DNA of 62,912 nt, filler included, from Pelomyxa schiedti (taxonomy: Eukaryota; Protista; Evosea), in assembly GCA_020536535.1 (NCBI GenBank). It is 9 parts of 9 records of this genome, joined end to end, with 100 filler letters (N's around TTAATTAATTAA, not from the genome) between each part and the next. Parts side by side here need not be neighbours in the genome. Positions count along the whole stretch, not along the records: positions 14,148 to 42,183 come from JAHLWZ010001026.1; positions 42,284 to 52,997 come from JAHLWZ010000153.1; 7 more parts are not named here. One strand, written 5' to 3'. Made by a program: the position numbers and the translations under genes. This document shows, one piece after another, positions 35,230-47,311 of the stretch; position 1 is the stretch's first letter; each line of letters opens with the position of its first letter. Under the pieces are notes generated by a model, which saw only the letters and a program-made list of their open reading frames with translations, had not been told where the DNA came from and made no database searches.

Positions 35230-36550
35230 TTAGGCTACATCGATGGTGAACTCGTCCACCCAGGAAAGCATAGAGAGCTTGGGTGGAACCACAGAGTCAT
35301 CGAAGGTAACCGGTTGCCAGTACTGGAAGTCATGCCCCTGTTGTAATACAATAAGCAATTGAGAAAAGTCCGCGATAGGTACCTTGAGACCGTCAGGGGC
35401 ACTGCCCCACAAATCACCGGTCCAAACCCAGGTTATTTTTGACTGGTCCTCCTCGTAACCAGTGATCTTTATGAAGCCGTTCTGTTGTGCTGGTATCACA
35501 TGGCTTGTAACATTGTGCTCTACAGTTATTTCCGGGTTTATATCGTTTCCGGAGTACTATTTATTTGGTCAACGCGTAAATAAGAAGAGGTGTAAACAGT
35601 TTACCTCCCAAGGTTCAAGTGGGTCTTGAGCTACCCACACTGCCGCATTGCCGCCCACATTGCAGAAGCAGCACACGGAACCAAATAGTAGGTAATACCA
35701 CCCAGAGTATTTGATGAGGGCAGGAGCTTCATTTCCGCTCTCACCTATTTCTCCGCTATTGAAAAGTGCTCCTTTGCTGCTGAGGTAGTCCGAGTTCAGT
35801 TTCTCAATGGATACTGTGTGCCGGTTATTATAGGCGTCGTATGCGATGTAAGCTGACCCATCGTCGTCTACGAGTAGGGCAAAGTCACCAGGATTGCCGT
35901 ATCTTGTCTTGACATCATTGTTTTGTATTACAAATGGGCCTGCGGGAGTTGTGGAAGTTGCCGTTATATATGTTGAGTTGAAGAAGTCAGGTTTCAGTTT
36001 CTTGCCAACAAAGTTGACCCAGAGAACAAACAGTTTGGTGGCGGCATTATAGACTACTTTTGGGCGGAAATATATTCCCTCAGGACGCTGCTCAAAGGGC
36101 AGAGCTTCCCCCACAAAATGCCAATTAGAAAGGTCGTTGGACTGGAAGATGCCAATAGTGTGGTTCGTTAAGAATCCGCAGCCTTCAGCGAGGTCAAAAT
36201 CACCAGCACATCCCCATAGCGACTCTTTGCATAATCCGTAGCCCGCTCCATACCGATAATACGTGTACTCGCTCACACCAGAACTCTAAAAAAAGAGTTA
36301 ATTCACGAGAAAACAAACAACAAAATAAGAAGCGCAATATTGTATGCATAAAAAAAAAAAAGCGCCGGAGAAAAGGGTGTACGGGAAGGGGCCACTGCAA
36401 CACGTTGCCGTCGTGTACGTCCATTATAACACCCGCGTCGTCAGTCCGTGGCACAACGTTACTGATAACCACCGTCGACGTAGATCCAACGCAACAACAT
36501 CCGTACAGCACAACCACAAGCCCGGCACTAAGACCCAACAACCACCTCAT
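35230..36550 (-). CDS. Secreted glycoside hydrolase family 43 (five-bladed propeller)
   Basis: Signal peptide; MDVHDGN, SNDLSNWHF, RPKVVYN, GDFALLVDDDGSAY, NEAPAL, WTGDLW. Confidence 0.85.
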
Positions 36551-36703
36551 GTTTGGTTGCACCTTTCTTTCAAAACCTTCCTCAGTAGAAGTTGCTTTAC
36601 GAAGACAATACAGGCCAAGGTGTGCAACAAAACATGGTTGTTGCGTCTTGGTGAACTTCTCCTTTTTTCGGTGTTGCGAGCTGAATTCTCTCTAATCAAA
36701 AAA

Positions 36704-37160
36704 CCAAGTTGGAGAACGCAGAACCGGTCTCTGCGACATCGCATCACAGGGTGAAAAAAAGAAGCAAGTCGTGACTAGATGAGGATTTTTTGTAAAATGA
36801 TGACGGGCAGGGTTATTGCCCTTGAGATGCATGAAAGTAAAGTCTGCTTTGATTGAGGCACAACAACAGGTAATGGACCTTTTGGCAATGAAAAAAGTTG
36901 CAGTACCATCCTCGACGCCACAAATTCGACAGGTTCCTGGTGCAACTGCACCACCACAGCTGTGTGTTGAATGTGACAGCGAGCCAATATCCAAGGTGTT
37001 CCAGCCCTGTGGCCATGCTGTGTGTTCCAATTCTCCTAACTATTCTATATTGTAATTGCAATCGCACTCTCACTCATCGTACCCGTAGTGTGCCAACACA
37101 TTCAAGAAGTGCCCTCAATGCCGCTCCCTCATCGTTACACGCCACGACAAATCCTCTTAA
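36704..37160 (+). pseudogene. Relic 3' end of a coiled-coil plus C3HC4 RING gene
   Basis: CVEC...PCGHAVCSN | CANTFKKCPQCR; the intron needed to join the RING halves lacks a GT donor, and no valid first exon is seen. Confidence 0.45.
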
Positions 37161-37295
37161 TAATAGTGGTGGCTGACACAATGCAACAGGATCCACACAA
37201 AGCCACAACCACGGCACCTTCATTTATTTTTGAACAGTGTTCTTCAAACTATTTTTCGCTGAATCACAATGACGGGGACACAACAACCAGCCAGA

Positions 37296-40200
37296 CTAGC
37301 AGATAAGACAGTCCTTCTTTGGGTTTTGTTTTGTTGATGGGGTGAGTATTGGCAGTCCTCTGTACTGCAACAACACGTGAGTTGCCACCTTGAAGGCCAA
37401 ATCCACGTTGTAACACATGCGGCTGCTTGTTTCAACGTAATAAATCTGATCCTCAGAGCCCCCTTCATCTTGCAATTCGGTGCACAGTGCGGTTATCTAA
37501 ATACAGGGGGCCCAGTTAGTAGGAGGAAATGAGGGAGGCGTTTCTGTGGAGTTTGGTGGTTCGGGAGATACATCTGTCGTTGTAACTGCGTGATTTGGTA
37601 AGTCGGATTTCATTCCAACAAGCACTACCCGTACATTCTTTTTCAGGGGTTAGTGATAGTATAGTGTCAGATAGGTTTCTGATACCTCGGAGGCATATCT
37701 TTGCACCTCGCGGAACCAATTCTTAACGTTGTCAAATGTCTCCCGATCTGAGGGGGGAATTAAATAACGGGAAAATGGAGGGGGTGGTCACCTGTCAAAT
37801 CAAAGCAAATCATTATTAACCCAGCCCCGCGGTATGGATTGCGGTTGTTGACGCGGAACCTATCTGGAGTATGCTTCCACACTTGCGAACATTTACTAAA
37901 GATATAGTCAGAAAAGGGGAACCTTGGAGTTTAATAATCTGATAGTGTGCGTTAATAGGTAGTTGCGCAATGGACAAGAAATAACCCGTTCATTGCACTT
38001 GACAGTTTTCACCACAAATTCAGGATTTTCAGAGTTTTGGAAAGAATGGCGGACAAAACATTGCATCAATTCCTTTTTACCAGCTCGGATATCCCCTGGA
38101 AAGAGTTAAACAGGTGCATCAAAGAAAAAAGCTTACAAACCAATGAGTAAGAATTTGAAGAGGTAATCATATTCCGGTGCGGAGCCCACAGGCACTGCAG
38201 GGGGATCTGGTTGCACGAAATCTTGGATCCCCACCGAAAATTGGCGTAACATTGCAGCGGAGTTAACATAACACTCTTTTGAAAGTTTGAGATTTGACCA
38301 ATAACTTGGCCGTGCAATAATTTCATCAGCGAGAATCCGAAAATCCTAATACCAATTATATTCGAGTAATTGTTTAATGACTTGCCTTGCAAACTCTTCG
38401 GCATCTGTACAAGTCCCTTGGGGGCAATAAGGCCAGGATTTCTGTCACAGTATACACCGGGATCACCAGTGTCTTGTTTGTGAAGTGTTAAAATTGGTTT
38501 TGGTTTGAATTATTCATTCAAGTGATCGGTTGCCTGTTGTGCATTGCGAAACGCTTCAATCCATTCAGGGTATCCTGTTTGCATGACCATCTCCAACGGA
38601 ATTCCAACCGAAGATTGCAACTGTCACAGCACAAAGTAACGTTATGTCGGGGAAATTTTGGAAAAGCAACACACAGTGGGACTGGCTCCATTTGCCTTGA
38701 AGAGGGGAACAATTCAGTGGAATCAGTGAGAGAAAGCGGGTCATACCAGCAGAAGTTTTGCCATTTCAAAATTACGTGAGCACACTGCAATGTGCAACGG
38801 TGATAATCCCCGAGAATCAAAGGTATTCGGATTCATTTGGCAAGTGACAAGGAGTTCATTGAGCGCGATTAAATTCGCAGTCTTCGCAGCGAGCAACAAG
38901 CAGTGGTCACCTTGTGTGGTGTTAATCTGTGTCAACGGAGCGTGTTACCGACAACCACTGCTCGAAGGTGCTTTGGGATCGACACCAGACTTGAATATAA
39001 TGTTAAACACTGTGCGGTAGCTTTCGTTCTGCAGACCAGACGTGGATTTCAGCTTGCATAAATAATGCAGGCCGTGCGTCCCTTCATCAGAAGTGACTGT
39101 AGGATCGGCTCCTTTGTGAAGCAACAAAAGAGCAATCTGTGTTGGTTGTGAGTGTCGGTTGATATCAACGAAAACCCACATCAGTGTGCCCATTGCTGAG
39201 AGCGGAAAGGAGAGGAGTCCACCCGTGCTTGTCTGCGCTTTCCAAGTTGGCACCTTTCCCAAGAAGCCACTTCACAAGAGGAAAATTCCCAGAATGTCTG
39301 AAATGCCCAAGAGAGGTTGTTATGAGTGAGAGAGTGTGTGTATTTTGACAGTCAACAGTACCCGGCAGCGTGAAGAAGTGTCGTCCCGGTCATATCAGCT
39401 TGGTTAACTCCACCAGGTCGTGCAAGGCAACCTGAGATGTTTCTTTCCAATTCTGGAGTCAGTGTGGCTGGAGAGGCTTCGATAAGTTGTATGAGCCCTG
39501 CCAGCTTGCCATCAACGACGGGTTGGGCAAAAGCCAACCAATCCACGTGAAACTCGCTTTCCTTCATTGGACAACGTGAGTACACACATAAAATCGCACT
39601 ACACGTTAATTACACATAAAGTTGGCACACTCACCCAGTCAGGCCCAGGAATCACTTGAAATCCGGTTCTTGATACATTGGAGATGGACGACTGAGGTAT
39701 CTTGTGGATGGCTGAATTGGAATTCGTTTGAGAAACCCAGGCAGTTATCCTTGGAGTTTCCGAAAATGGCTTGGCAAACAATACTGCAGCTGAATTTCTC
39801 GTGCCACTGGCAGATGATGTTAACACTGCCGGTGTCTGATGAAGGCGAGTTCTGCCACTTTCAAAAAAAGGAGTTTGTGTGGGGAGTGATCGCAGTACAT
39901 CTGTTTCAACAGATAAGTCACTTATCATCACCTAAGGGAAAAAAAAGGATAAACCTTGCAAGCATGCCTTCAATTGATTTGAAACTGCTTTTTCTCTTGC
40001 CACCAGCTGCTTTTCTTTGGAATTCCACAAACACAAAATAATACGTTATGATCAGCATTAAGTTTGTTAAAGAAGCAAGAAGAGATACTGATATCAAGTT
40101 TATCACGCAAACAAGTGAGGACAGCCTCCATTCCCAGCGATTCCTTCTGGTTCTCAGCCAGCTGCGTTGTGTTTCCGTTTAAAATAAAAACAAGTTCGCG

Positions 40201-40454
40201 TTAGTGCGCAACGCACCTGGTCTTTCAGAGCCTTGTTTTCCTCCCTCAGCCGTTGTAGTACCTCCAACAATTCACCTCTCTCCTGTCCAAAAAAAATGGT
40301 TGGCGGAACTAGCCAGCGGCTACCTCCGTGGCATCTCACGTGCGCATACCTCGGCGACGTTGGCATCTTCCTCCTGTGGATACGGCGACCTAACTGGATC
40401 TGAGGCGAGGCCTCCATCGTCGACGACGACATCCTCCGTGGGTTTGTACGACAT
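37296..40454 (-). CDS. Coiled coil - ankyrin repeats - F-box - degenerate Rab-like GTPase - CaaX fusion, copy A
   Basis: Start MSYKPTED; ankyrins (GTTLLHAA, GWTPLLSA, GLSPLHIA); F-box IPVYTVTEILALLPPRDLYRCRRVCK; YDYLFKFLLIGDIRAGKK; TFDNVKNWFREVQRYA; VGMKSDL; YVETSS; KKDCLIC*. Confidence 0.75.
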
Positions 40455-40630
40455 GTCGGTTGGAAGTTGAAAATCAATGGTTCAACACGCACGCCGGCTT
40501 CTTGATTGAACTCATCACTCGCCTGGTTCCTGTAATCCGCTAAAGCAGTGTCTCTCTCATTTTTTGCTTTTCAAATGTTGTGAACAACTCAAAGTGCCCA
40601 TAATGACTCTCCCTCATCACCACTGTGAGA

Positions 40631-42183
40631 CTAACAGATAAGACAGTCCTTCTTTGGGCTTTGTTTTGTTGATGGGGTGGGTGTTGGCTTTGGTGGTAGT
40701 CCTCTGAACTTCATCAACACGAGAGTTGCCATCTTGAAGGCCAAATCCACGTTGTAACACATGCGGCTGCTTGTTTCAACGTAATAAATCTGATCCTCAG
40801 AGCCTGATGCCTCTTGCAATTCAGTGCACAGTGCGGTTATCTACACATGAAAAGGCGCTGTTAGAAGAAATGGGGAAGGTGTATGTTGGGAGGTTGTCAT
40901 GCACTTCCGGGGTTGTAACTGCGTGATTTGGTAAGTCGGATTTCATTCCAACAAGCACTATCCGTACATTCTTTTTTTGGGGGTTAGTGAAGGAGACACT
41001 GTGTTGTGGGTGTTGCGTTTTAAAACGATACCTCGGAGGCATATCTCTGCAAGTCGGCGAACCAATTCTTAACGTTATCAAATGTCTCCCGGTCTGGGTG
41101 ACGGCATTAAATACCGGAGGATTATCATAATGGAGGGGGTGGCTACTTGTAAGATCAAAGCCAATCATTACTAACCCAGCCCCGCGGTATGGATTGCGGT
41201 TGTTGACGCGGAACCTATCCGGAGAATAGTTCCACACTTGTGAACATTTACTAAAGGAAAGATATGGTCGGAGAAAAGGGAAACCTTGGAGTTTAATAGT
41301 CTAATAGTGTGAGTTAGCAGGCAGTTGGCTTCAATGGACAAGAAATAACCCGTTCATTGCACTTGACAGTTTTCACCACAAATTCAGGATTTTCGGAGTT
41401 TTGGAAAGAATGGCGGACAAAACATTGCATCAATTCCTTTTTACCAGCTCGGATATCCCCTGGAAAGAGTTAAACAGGTGCATCAAAGCAAAAAGGCTTA
41501 CAAACCGACGACTACGTATTTGAAGAGGTAATCATATTCTGGTGTGGAGCCCACAGGCACTGCAGGGGGATCTGGTTGCACAAAATCTTGGATCCCCACC
41601 GAACATTGGCGTAGCATTGCAGCGGAGTTAACATAAAACTCTTTTGAAAGTTTGAGATTTGACCAATAACTTGGCCGTGCAATAATTTCATCAGCGAGAA
41701 TCCGAAAATCCTGATGCCAATTATATTTTATATTCAAATAAGTTTCCGGAGAACTCACCTTGCAAACTCTTCGGCATCTGTACAAGTCCCTTGGGGGCAA
41801 TAAGGCCAGAATTTCTGTCACAGTATACACTGGTATCACCAGTGTCTTGTTTGTGAAGTGTTAAAATTGGTTTTGGTTGAATTATTCATTCAAGTGATCG
41901 GTTGCCTGTGCATTGCGAAACTCTTCGATCCATTCAGGGTATCCTGTTTGCATGACCATCTCCAACGGAATTCCAACCGAAGATTGCAGCTGTAACAGCA
42001 CAAAGTAACGTTATGTCGGGAAAATCTTTGAAAGGCAACACACAGTGGGACTGGCTCCATTCGCCTTGAAGAGGGGAACAATTCAGTGGAATCAGTGAGA
42101 GAAAGCGGGTCATACCAGCAGAAGTTTTGCCATTTCAAAATTACGTGAGCACACTGCAATGTGCAACGGTGATAATCCCCGAG
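40631..42183 (-). CDS. Tandem paralog (copy B) of the ankyrin-F-box-Rab-like gene; 5' end cut by contig end
   Basis: Exon-by-exon similarity to 37296-38813; YDYLFKYVVVGDIRAGKK, WNYSPDRFR, KKDCLIC*. Confidence 0.8.
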
Positions 42184-42283
42184 NNNNNNNNNNNNNNNNN
42201 NNNNNNNNNNNNNNNNNNNNNNNNNNNTTAATTAATTAANNNNNNNNNNNNNNNNNNNNNNNNNNNNNNNNNNNNNNNNNNNN

Positions 42284-43012
42284 AGAGTTGCTAGACTTAC
42301 TTGATGTCGCTCCAGAGTGAACAACCGAGAATTCTAACATCAGTACCGGGAACATCGCAGGAATCACAGTCAAGAAATACAAAGTTCGCGATGGAACTCT
42401 GCAGCTGCCTCAATTTTTTTGTCACATCTTCAATTGTTGTGCCGTACCTCGTTGCGAATTAGGTTTTTGTTTCATGGAAGTTGAAAGTACCCTTCATGAT
42501 TTCCGTACACAAAGAACACTGCCCTTAAATCAGGATTATTCAGGTGAAAAGTAGCAATACTTCTGCGGTTTTATAATACATAAAATTCCAGCCAATCATT
42601 CAATAAGTATGCATTTGCCTTAAAAAAACAAAACAAAACAAAAAAAAAAGAAAAACCAGTGTGTGGCAGCGCGGTGTTTCATCCAAAACCTATATTCATT
42701 AACACATTATATAGGTTAATGTCCAGGCGTTCGTCTCCCTCTTTTTATTTACCTGAACATAGAGCACACCTTGAGAATGAAGGCATGGAGCTGGTCGAAG
42801 CGCTCATCGCAACACAGCCCGATGTCGCCCAACAACGCCAAGTACGGCGCGCTGGGAACCACGTCCACTACCCCGTCAAACTCCAGGTGCGTGTCTGAAA
42901 GCACCTGCAACTCGAACAACTCCTTGCTCCTTTTTTCGGGAGCACCGCTCCCATAACCGCCGCTGCTGCTGCCGCTTGATGACGCTGTCGAGGGAGCGTT
43001 CGCGTTACCCAT
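42284..43012 (-). CDS. Calcineurin-like metallophosphoesterase (3' end cut), possible N-myristoylation
   Basis: MGNANA; LSDTHLE, LALLGDIG, VYGNHE, ILGCSLWS. Confidence 0.8.
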
Positions 43013-43121
43013 CAATGTGTCTTTGGATCTGCGAATTGTTTTTTCCGATTAAGTTCTTGTGTACACAGCTTTACAAGGCAAACGGTGTTGTTGGGGCTTT
43101 CCATGAAGTACCAATTTGGGA

Positions 43122-43633
43122 ATGGGCTTGACACCTGGATTGATTTCACAAGCAGGAATGTATTCCAAGGTAAGCCTGCCTGAGAATTGACAACAGTGGC
43201 TTCGAAGCTAACAACCCTCCTTTTGGTGTAGAGCATGCGCGCACAAATCGGTCTGCCTCGAAAAGTGGACGGGGTGACTTTTTGGGATGGTGGATGTTTT
43301 GGGATGGTGGATGTTTGAAACTCTTTTCACACAATTTGATTGTTTTGATAGATCGATCTGTCCGACTGTTTTAAGGGCAGCCCGGAACACAACCTGGTGG
43401 AGGTGCAAGTCTGCACTGGGTGGTTGTGATTTGAAGTTGTGAGTGAGGAGGCTGCTGGTTCGCAACAGACAGTTGAGAAAAGTAGTCACCAGCACGTCCA
43501 CCAACACCACCACAAGCACTGCCACAAACACTGCCACAAACACCGCCACAAGCACCGCCACGAACACCGCCACGAACACTGCCACGTGCACTACCACGAA
43601 CACCACCACGAGCACCACCCTTTTCCCCACTGA
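43122..43633 (+). CDS. Small four-exon protein with a (His-X)22 C-terminal tail
   Basis: Three phase-0 GT-AG introns join MGLTPGLISQAGMYSK|SMRAQIGLPRKVDG|IDLSDCFKGSPEHNLVE|TVEKSSHQHVHQHHHKHCHK...HPFPH*. Confidence 0.5.
43487..43619 (+). repeat. Degenerate 6/12-bp tandem repeat (CACNNN)n
   Basis: 22 units with invariant CAC. Confidence 0.85.
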
Positions 43634-43923
43634 GCAGTCCACCCCTAGCTCCACCACACACGCAACTAATGTCTTACATTTCCGAGCCGTGATGGGAGTT
43701 GTGATTCGCAGATAGTGATTAGACCATCACTGTGCACGTGCGATTCTCCGATTGTGAAGGACCTTCTGTGCTTCTATGGTCTTCCACACAAAAATGGTAT
43801 GTAGTCCATGATAAACTCTCTTACACTCCTTATTTTGGTAGGTAGTCCAGGTTTTGCCCCCGTCCAGATTAGGAACAGATGCTCTATTATTGCGTTTCCT
43901 TCCATTCGATGCTGGGTGTGGGA

Positions 43924-45824
43924 TCAGAACGTGGCAATTGATGTACATCTGTGTGTTTGTTCCTGCATTGGATGCCGTATGTAGGCCTTGTGGTATTGTG
44001 TCGTTGTTGGGCACTGAATATGGTTGTTATTCTCGTTGACAGTGAAAAGGTCCCACATGATGATCTTGGAGCCATCCTGGATTCCAGCAAGAATGGTGCC
44101 AGAGTAAACTGTGAGAACTTCAAGTGGTGGTGAAAAAGGGCAATCCAAGGAGCTGAGGGGATCACCGGTTTCACTGTGGAATATCTGTTTGTGTCTTTGA
44201 GTGAAGAAAATGGGAGGATTGTGGGCACATACAACTATTTGAGGGGCTCCGTTTGGTTGAATGATTTGGGCGAAGATGCAACCAATCGAGGAGGCCACAG
44301 ATGATGCGTGCCGTGAGAGTATCCTGTGTGAACAGTGTCTCTGGTCAAACAATCCTGTGAACAAATGCAGAGAACCAGGGAAGATTGTGGGACTGGTCTC
44401 GTGGATCAACACAGCAATCGCCTCTGCGTGTGTTTGGTGTGCTGCTGCCCGGTGATGCACAGGTGAAATAGTGACATCACCGTAAACGGCACCAAGGAAC
44501 TGTCTTGAAAGGAGGATGGCTTTTCCCTCCTCTGCCTTAATCGGGCATGGTGAATTGTGGGTGTTGGGTGANNNNNNNNNNNNNNNNNNNNNNNNNNNNN
44601 NNNNNNNNNNNNNNNNNNNNNNNNNNNNNNNNNNNNNNNNNNNNNNNNNNNNNNNNNNNNNNNNNNNNNNNGGTGATGCACAGGTGAAATAGTGACATCA
44701 CCGTAAACGGCACCAAGGAACTGTCTTGAAAGGAGGATGGCTTTTCCCTCCTCTGCCTTAATCGGGCATGGTGAATTGTGGGTGTTGGGTGAAGGCGGAA
44801 TTACACAGAGAAGCAGGTTTCCGTGTACCACACCAACGAATGCATTTGGCCCTAGCCATGCAACAGATGAATAAGCAAAGTCACTGAATTCCGGCGAGTT
44901 CAACCTGAATAAAGGTGACATGGCCGGGAATGAGTACACTGTCACGTCCGACGAACGGGGCGATGTAGCTACGATCTTCCCATCTGTGAGTATAGTATTA
45001 TTAGACCGGTTATTAATAACCACGGGGTTTCATTTCTTACCTTCGCTTGGAGTCCGCGGTGGCCACAGTGCCAAATCACCAAAGTTGTTTGAGTAAATAC
45101 CAGTCCTTGGCAATTGAAACCGCTGACCAGTGATTGAGTCCCACACGAAAAGATCGTGGTAATACGTAGCCATGACCACAGCGAGCCTGCCAAACAAACC
45201 CCCAATGGCCCTGTCACTAAGCCCACACTCATGGGTCCACCTTGAAACCACACCGTCACAGTCAAAAATCCCCCACCCTGCGCCCTGAAAAACACCCAAA
45301 AACGCCGGCCTTGGCCTCAAAAAAACGCCCACGGCCCTCACCATCTCCCACAGCACCCCACACCCCACAATCGCGTTTCTCCCGGCACCCCCGCTCGCAT
45401 CCGGCGATGGATCCGCGGCTTCTGGTGAGGCGGCGTCGCCAGAGATCGCCCTCACCATGGTGCTTGCGCGGCCGGTCCTTTTGATCAAGCACGCGGCGAG
45501 TGCCATCATCGACGCCTTCCACTGCGTGACCGTCGGCTGGGGCGCCGCGGCGGTGGCTGGGCCCAGGTGCTCCAGGATCTGCGCCAAGGTAGTGAACTGG
45601 CACCACGCATTCCTGTCCCTGGCCATCAGATCCGCCCTCACGGCGCACCGCTCAGTCTTGAGCCTCGTTGGCGCGGCTTCTTCGATGATGATGGGTGGTT
45701 GTTGTGGTCCACCTGGTTTTGGGACGGTGGTTGCAGTCGCCGCAATTGAGGCTTGTAGTCGTCGTAGTCTGCGTCTTTGGTACTTTCGTTTCCTTATTCC
45801 CCTTCGCGCAGCATCCTCGTCCAT
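43924..45824 (-). CDS. Intron-containing beta-propeller-like protein carrying a variant of the family N-terminal motif
   Basis: KASMMALAACLIKRTGRAS...VLWEMVR followed by WD-like blades (LFVWDSITG, IFHSETG, IIMWDL); two introns; spans the gap at 44572. Confidence 0.6.
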
Positions 45825-45959
45825 CAATTGGTTTGGCGAAACTGATTTGAAAGACAATAACAAATTATACGTGAGTTGAACCCCCCTGCGCCTCCATAGA
45901 AACAGAAAGCAGCCTTTTTTTTTTTTTTTGCTTGGTTCCAGTTGTTTGGCACTGTCCTT

Positions 45960-47233
45960 TTAGGAAGTGAAAAAGAATTTATAGGAGTTGAACCTGGAAC
46001 AACGAAGAGACACAGAGATGATAATTGATGAAGTTGTTGGTGCAAGCAGAGTGGCCTCATTTTCACAGAATAAGCAGATCACACCACCACCTGCATAAAG
46101 GTTGCTTGGGTAAACATCCCCCAGTGTTTTGATTGTGTTGACAGCCACAGGGAATGACAGGATCACGTTGCCATCAAACACGCTCTGTGCACCCCTTGTT
46201 TCTGTGTAAACACCAAAGAGCCCATGTCCTATGTCAAAAGCAGCCGGGTACCAGGCATGTGAGGTGCACGAAAATTCTGACAGCGTGCAGCCATACTTTA
46301 CACTGAACAGGGACACAATGCGGCTCTTCAGGTCCAGTGGAACAAGGAAATCATCTTGTTGTGGGATTGACAAAACTTGCATTGGGTAAGAGTACGGCTC
46401 CAGCAGCGGGACTAGATGGGACCTGATTACAACTGCTTGTAATGGATCCAAAGGATTTGGTGTGGTTGATTTCCAGCTTTGTTCCAAATCAACCACCACA
46501 AGGGCTCTCTCATCAGGAACCGCAGAATACAGCAATGCCACCAATTCATTTACACGATCCCTTCCACCACCGCAAACTTCAGTCATCAACTTCATCCACC
46601 TGCACTGCACTTCGCTCCCAGTGCGAGATTGGTCAGAGAAGCTCAGCTTGACTCCGACGCCAGCTTCCACAGTCCCCGGATCCAGCCTCCACACCATCAG
46701 CTTCCTGTCTCCTTTCCAGCCACCCCCACCGTCAAACACCATCCACCTCTCATTCACATGCACCGACTGCTCTTTCGGAGCCCCGACATCATGCTCGGCC
46801 CTGTGGATCACCTCGGCGGTCTCGACGTTCTTCACGGCGATGACGTCATCCCTTGTAAACACGCCGGTGCCGGCGCCGGGCCCCCAGCCCGACACGCTCC
46901 AGTCGTCCGCGAACGAGGACCAGATTATGGGTGGGCCCAGCACGCCCAGGGTGTGCGAGACGGGCACGACCACGGCCACGTTGTGGTCCCCGCCGTCCAG
47001 CGTGCAGGGGCGCACGCGGCCAAAGTGGACGGCGGCGTGGCCGGCCAGCCCGAGCGCGTGGCGGCGGCAGATCCGGGCCAGCAGCGCGGGGGCCAGGAGC
47101 CTCGCGGGGCTGCCGGCCCCGCAGCGCGGCGAGCACGGCGCCGCTGCGAACGCCGCGCACTGGTCCCGCGCCGCGATGTTGTGGACCCACAGAACACGGA
47201 TGTGACGAACTCCTCCGTCCTGTTGGATGCCAT
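45960..47233 (-). CDS. Intronless family member D; the only nearby ATG (47233) is out of frame with the body (frameshift or error)
   Basis: ARDQCAAF, PRCGAGSP, VSHTLGV, NERWMV, VVDLEQSW in one long open frame that has no in-frame ATG before ARDQ. Confidence 0.7.
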
Positions 47234-47311
47234 TTTCTTTTTCTCTGAACGTAGAACGATTGATTCTGGCGTTTGAAGAAGACGAAAGCTGGCATCAAAC
47301 AGAGGCAGATA

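Noticed and set aside
43208-43657. Val/Ala/Phe hydrophobic ORF on the minus strand
   Set aside because: Antisense shadow of the CAC repeat, with no supporting gene structure.
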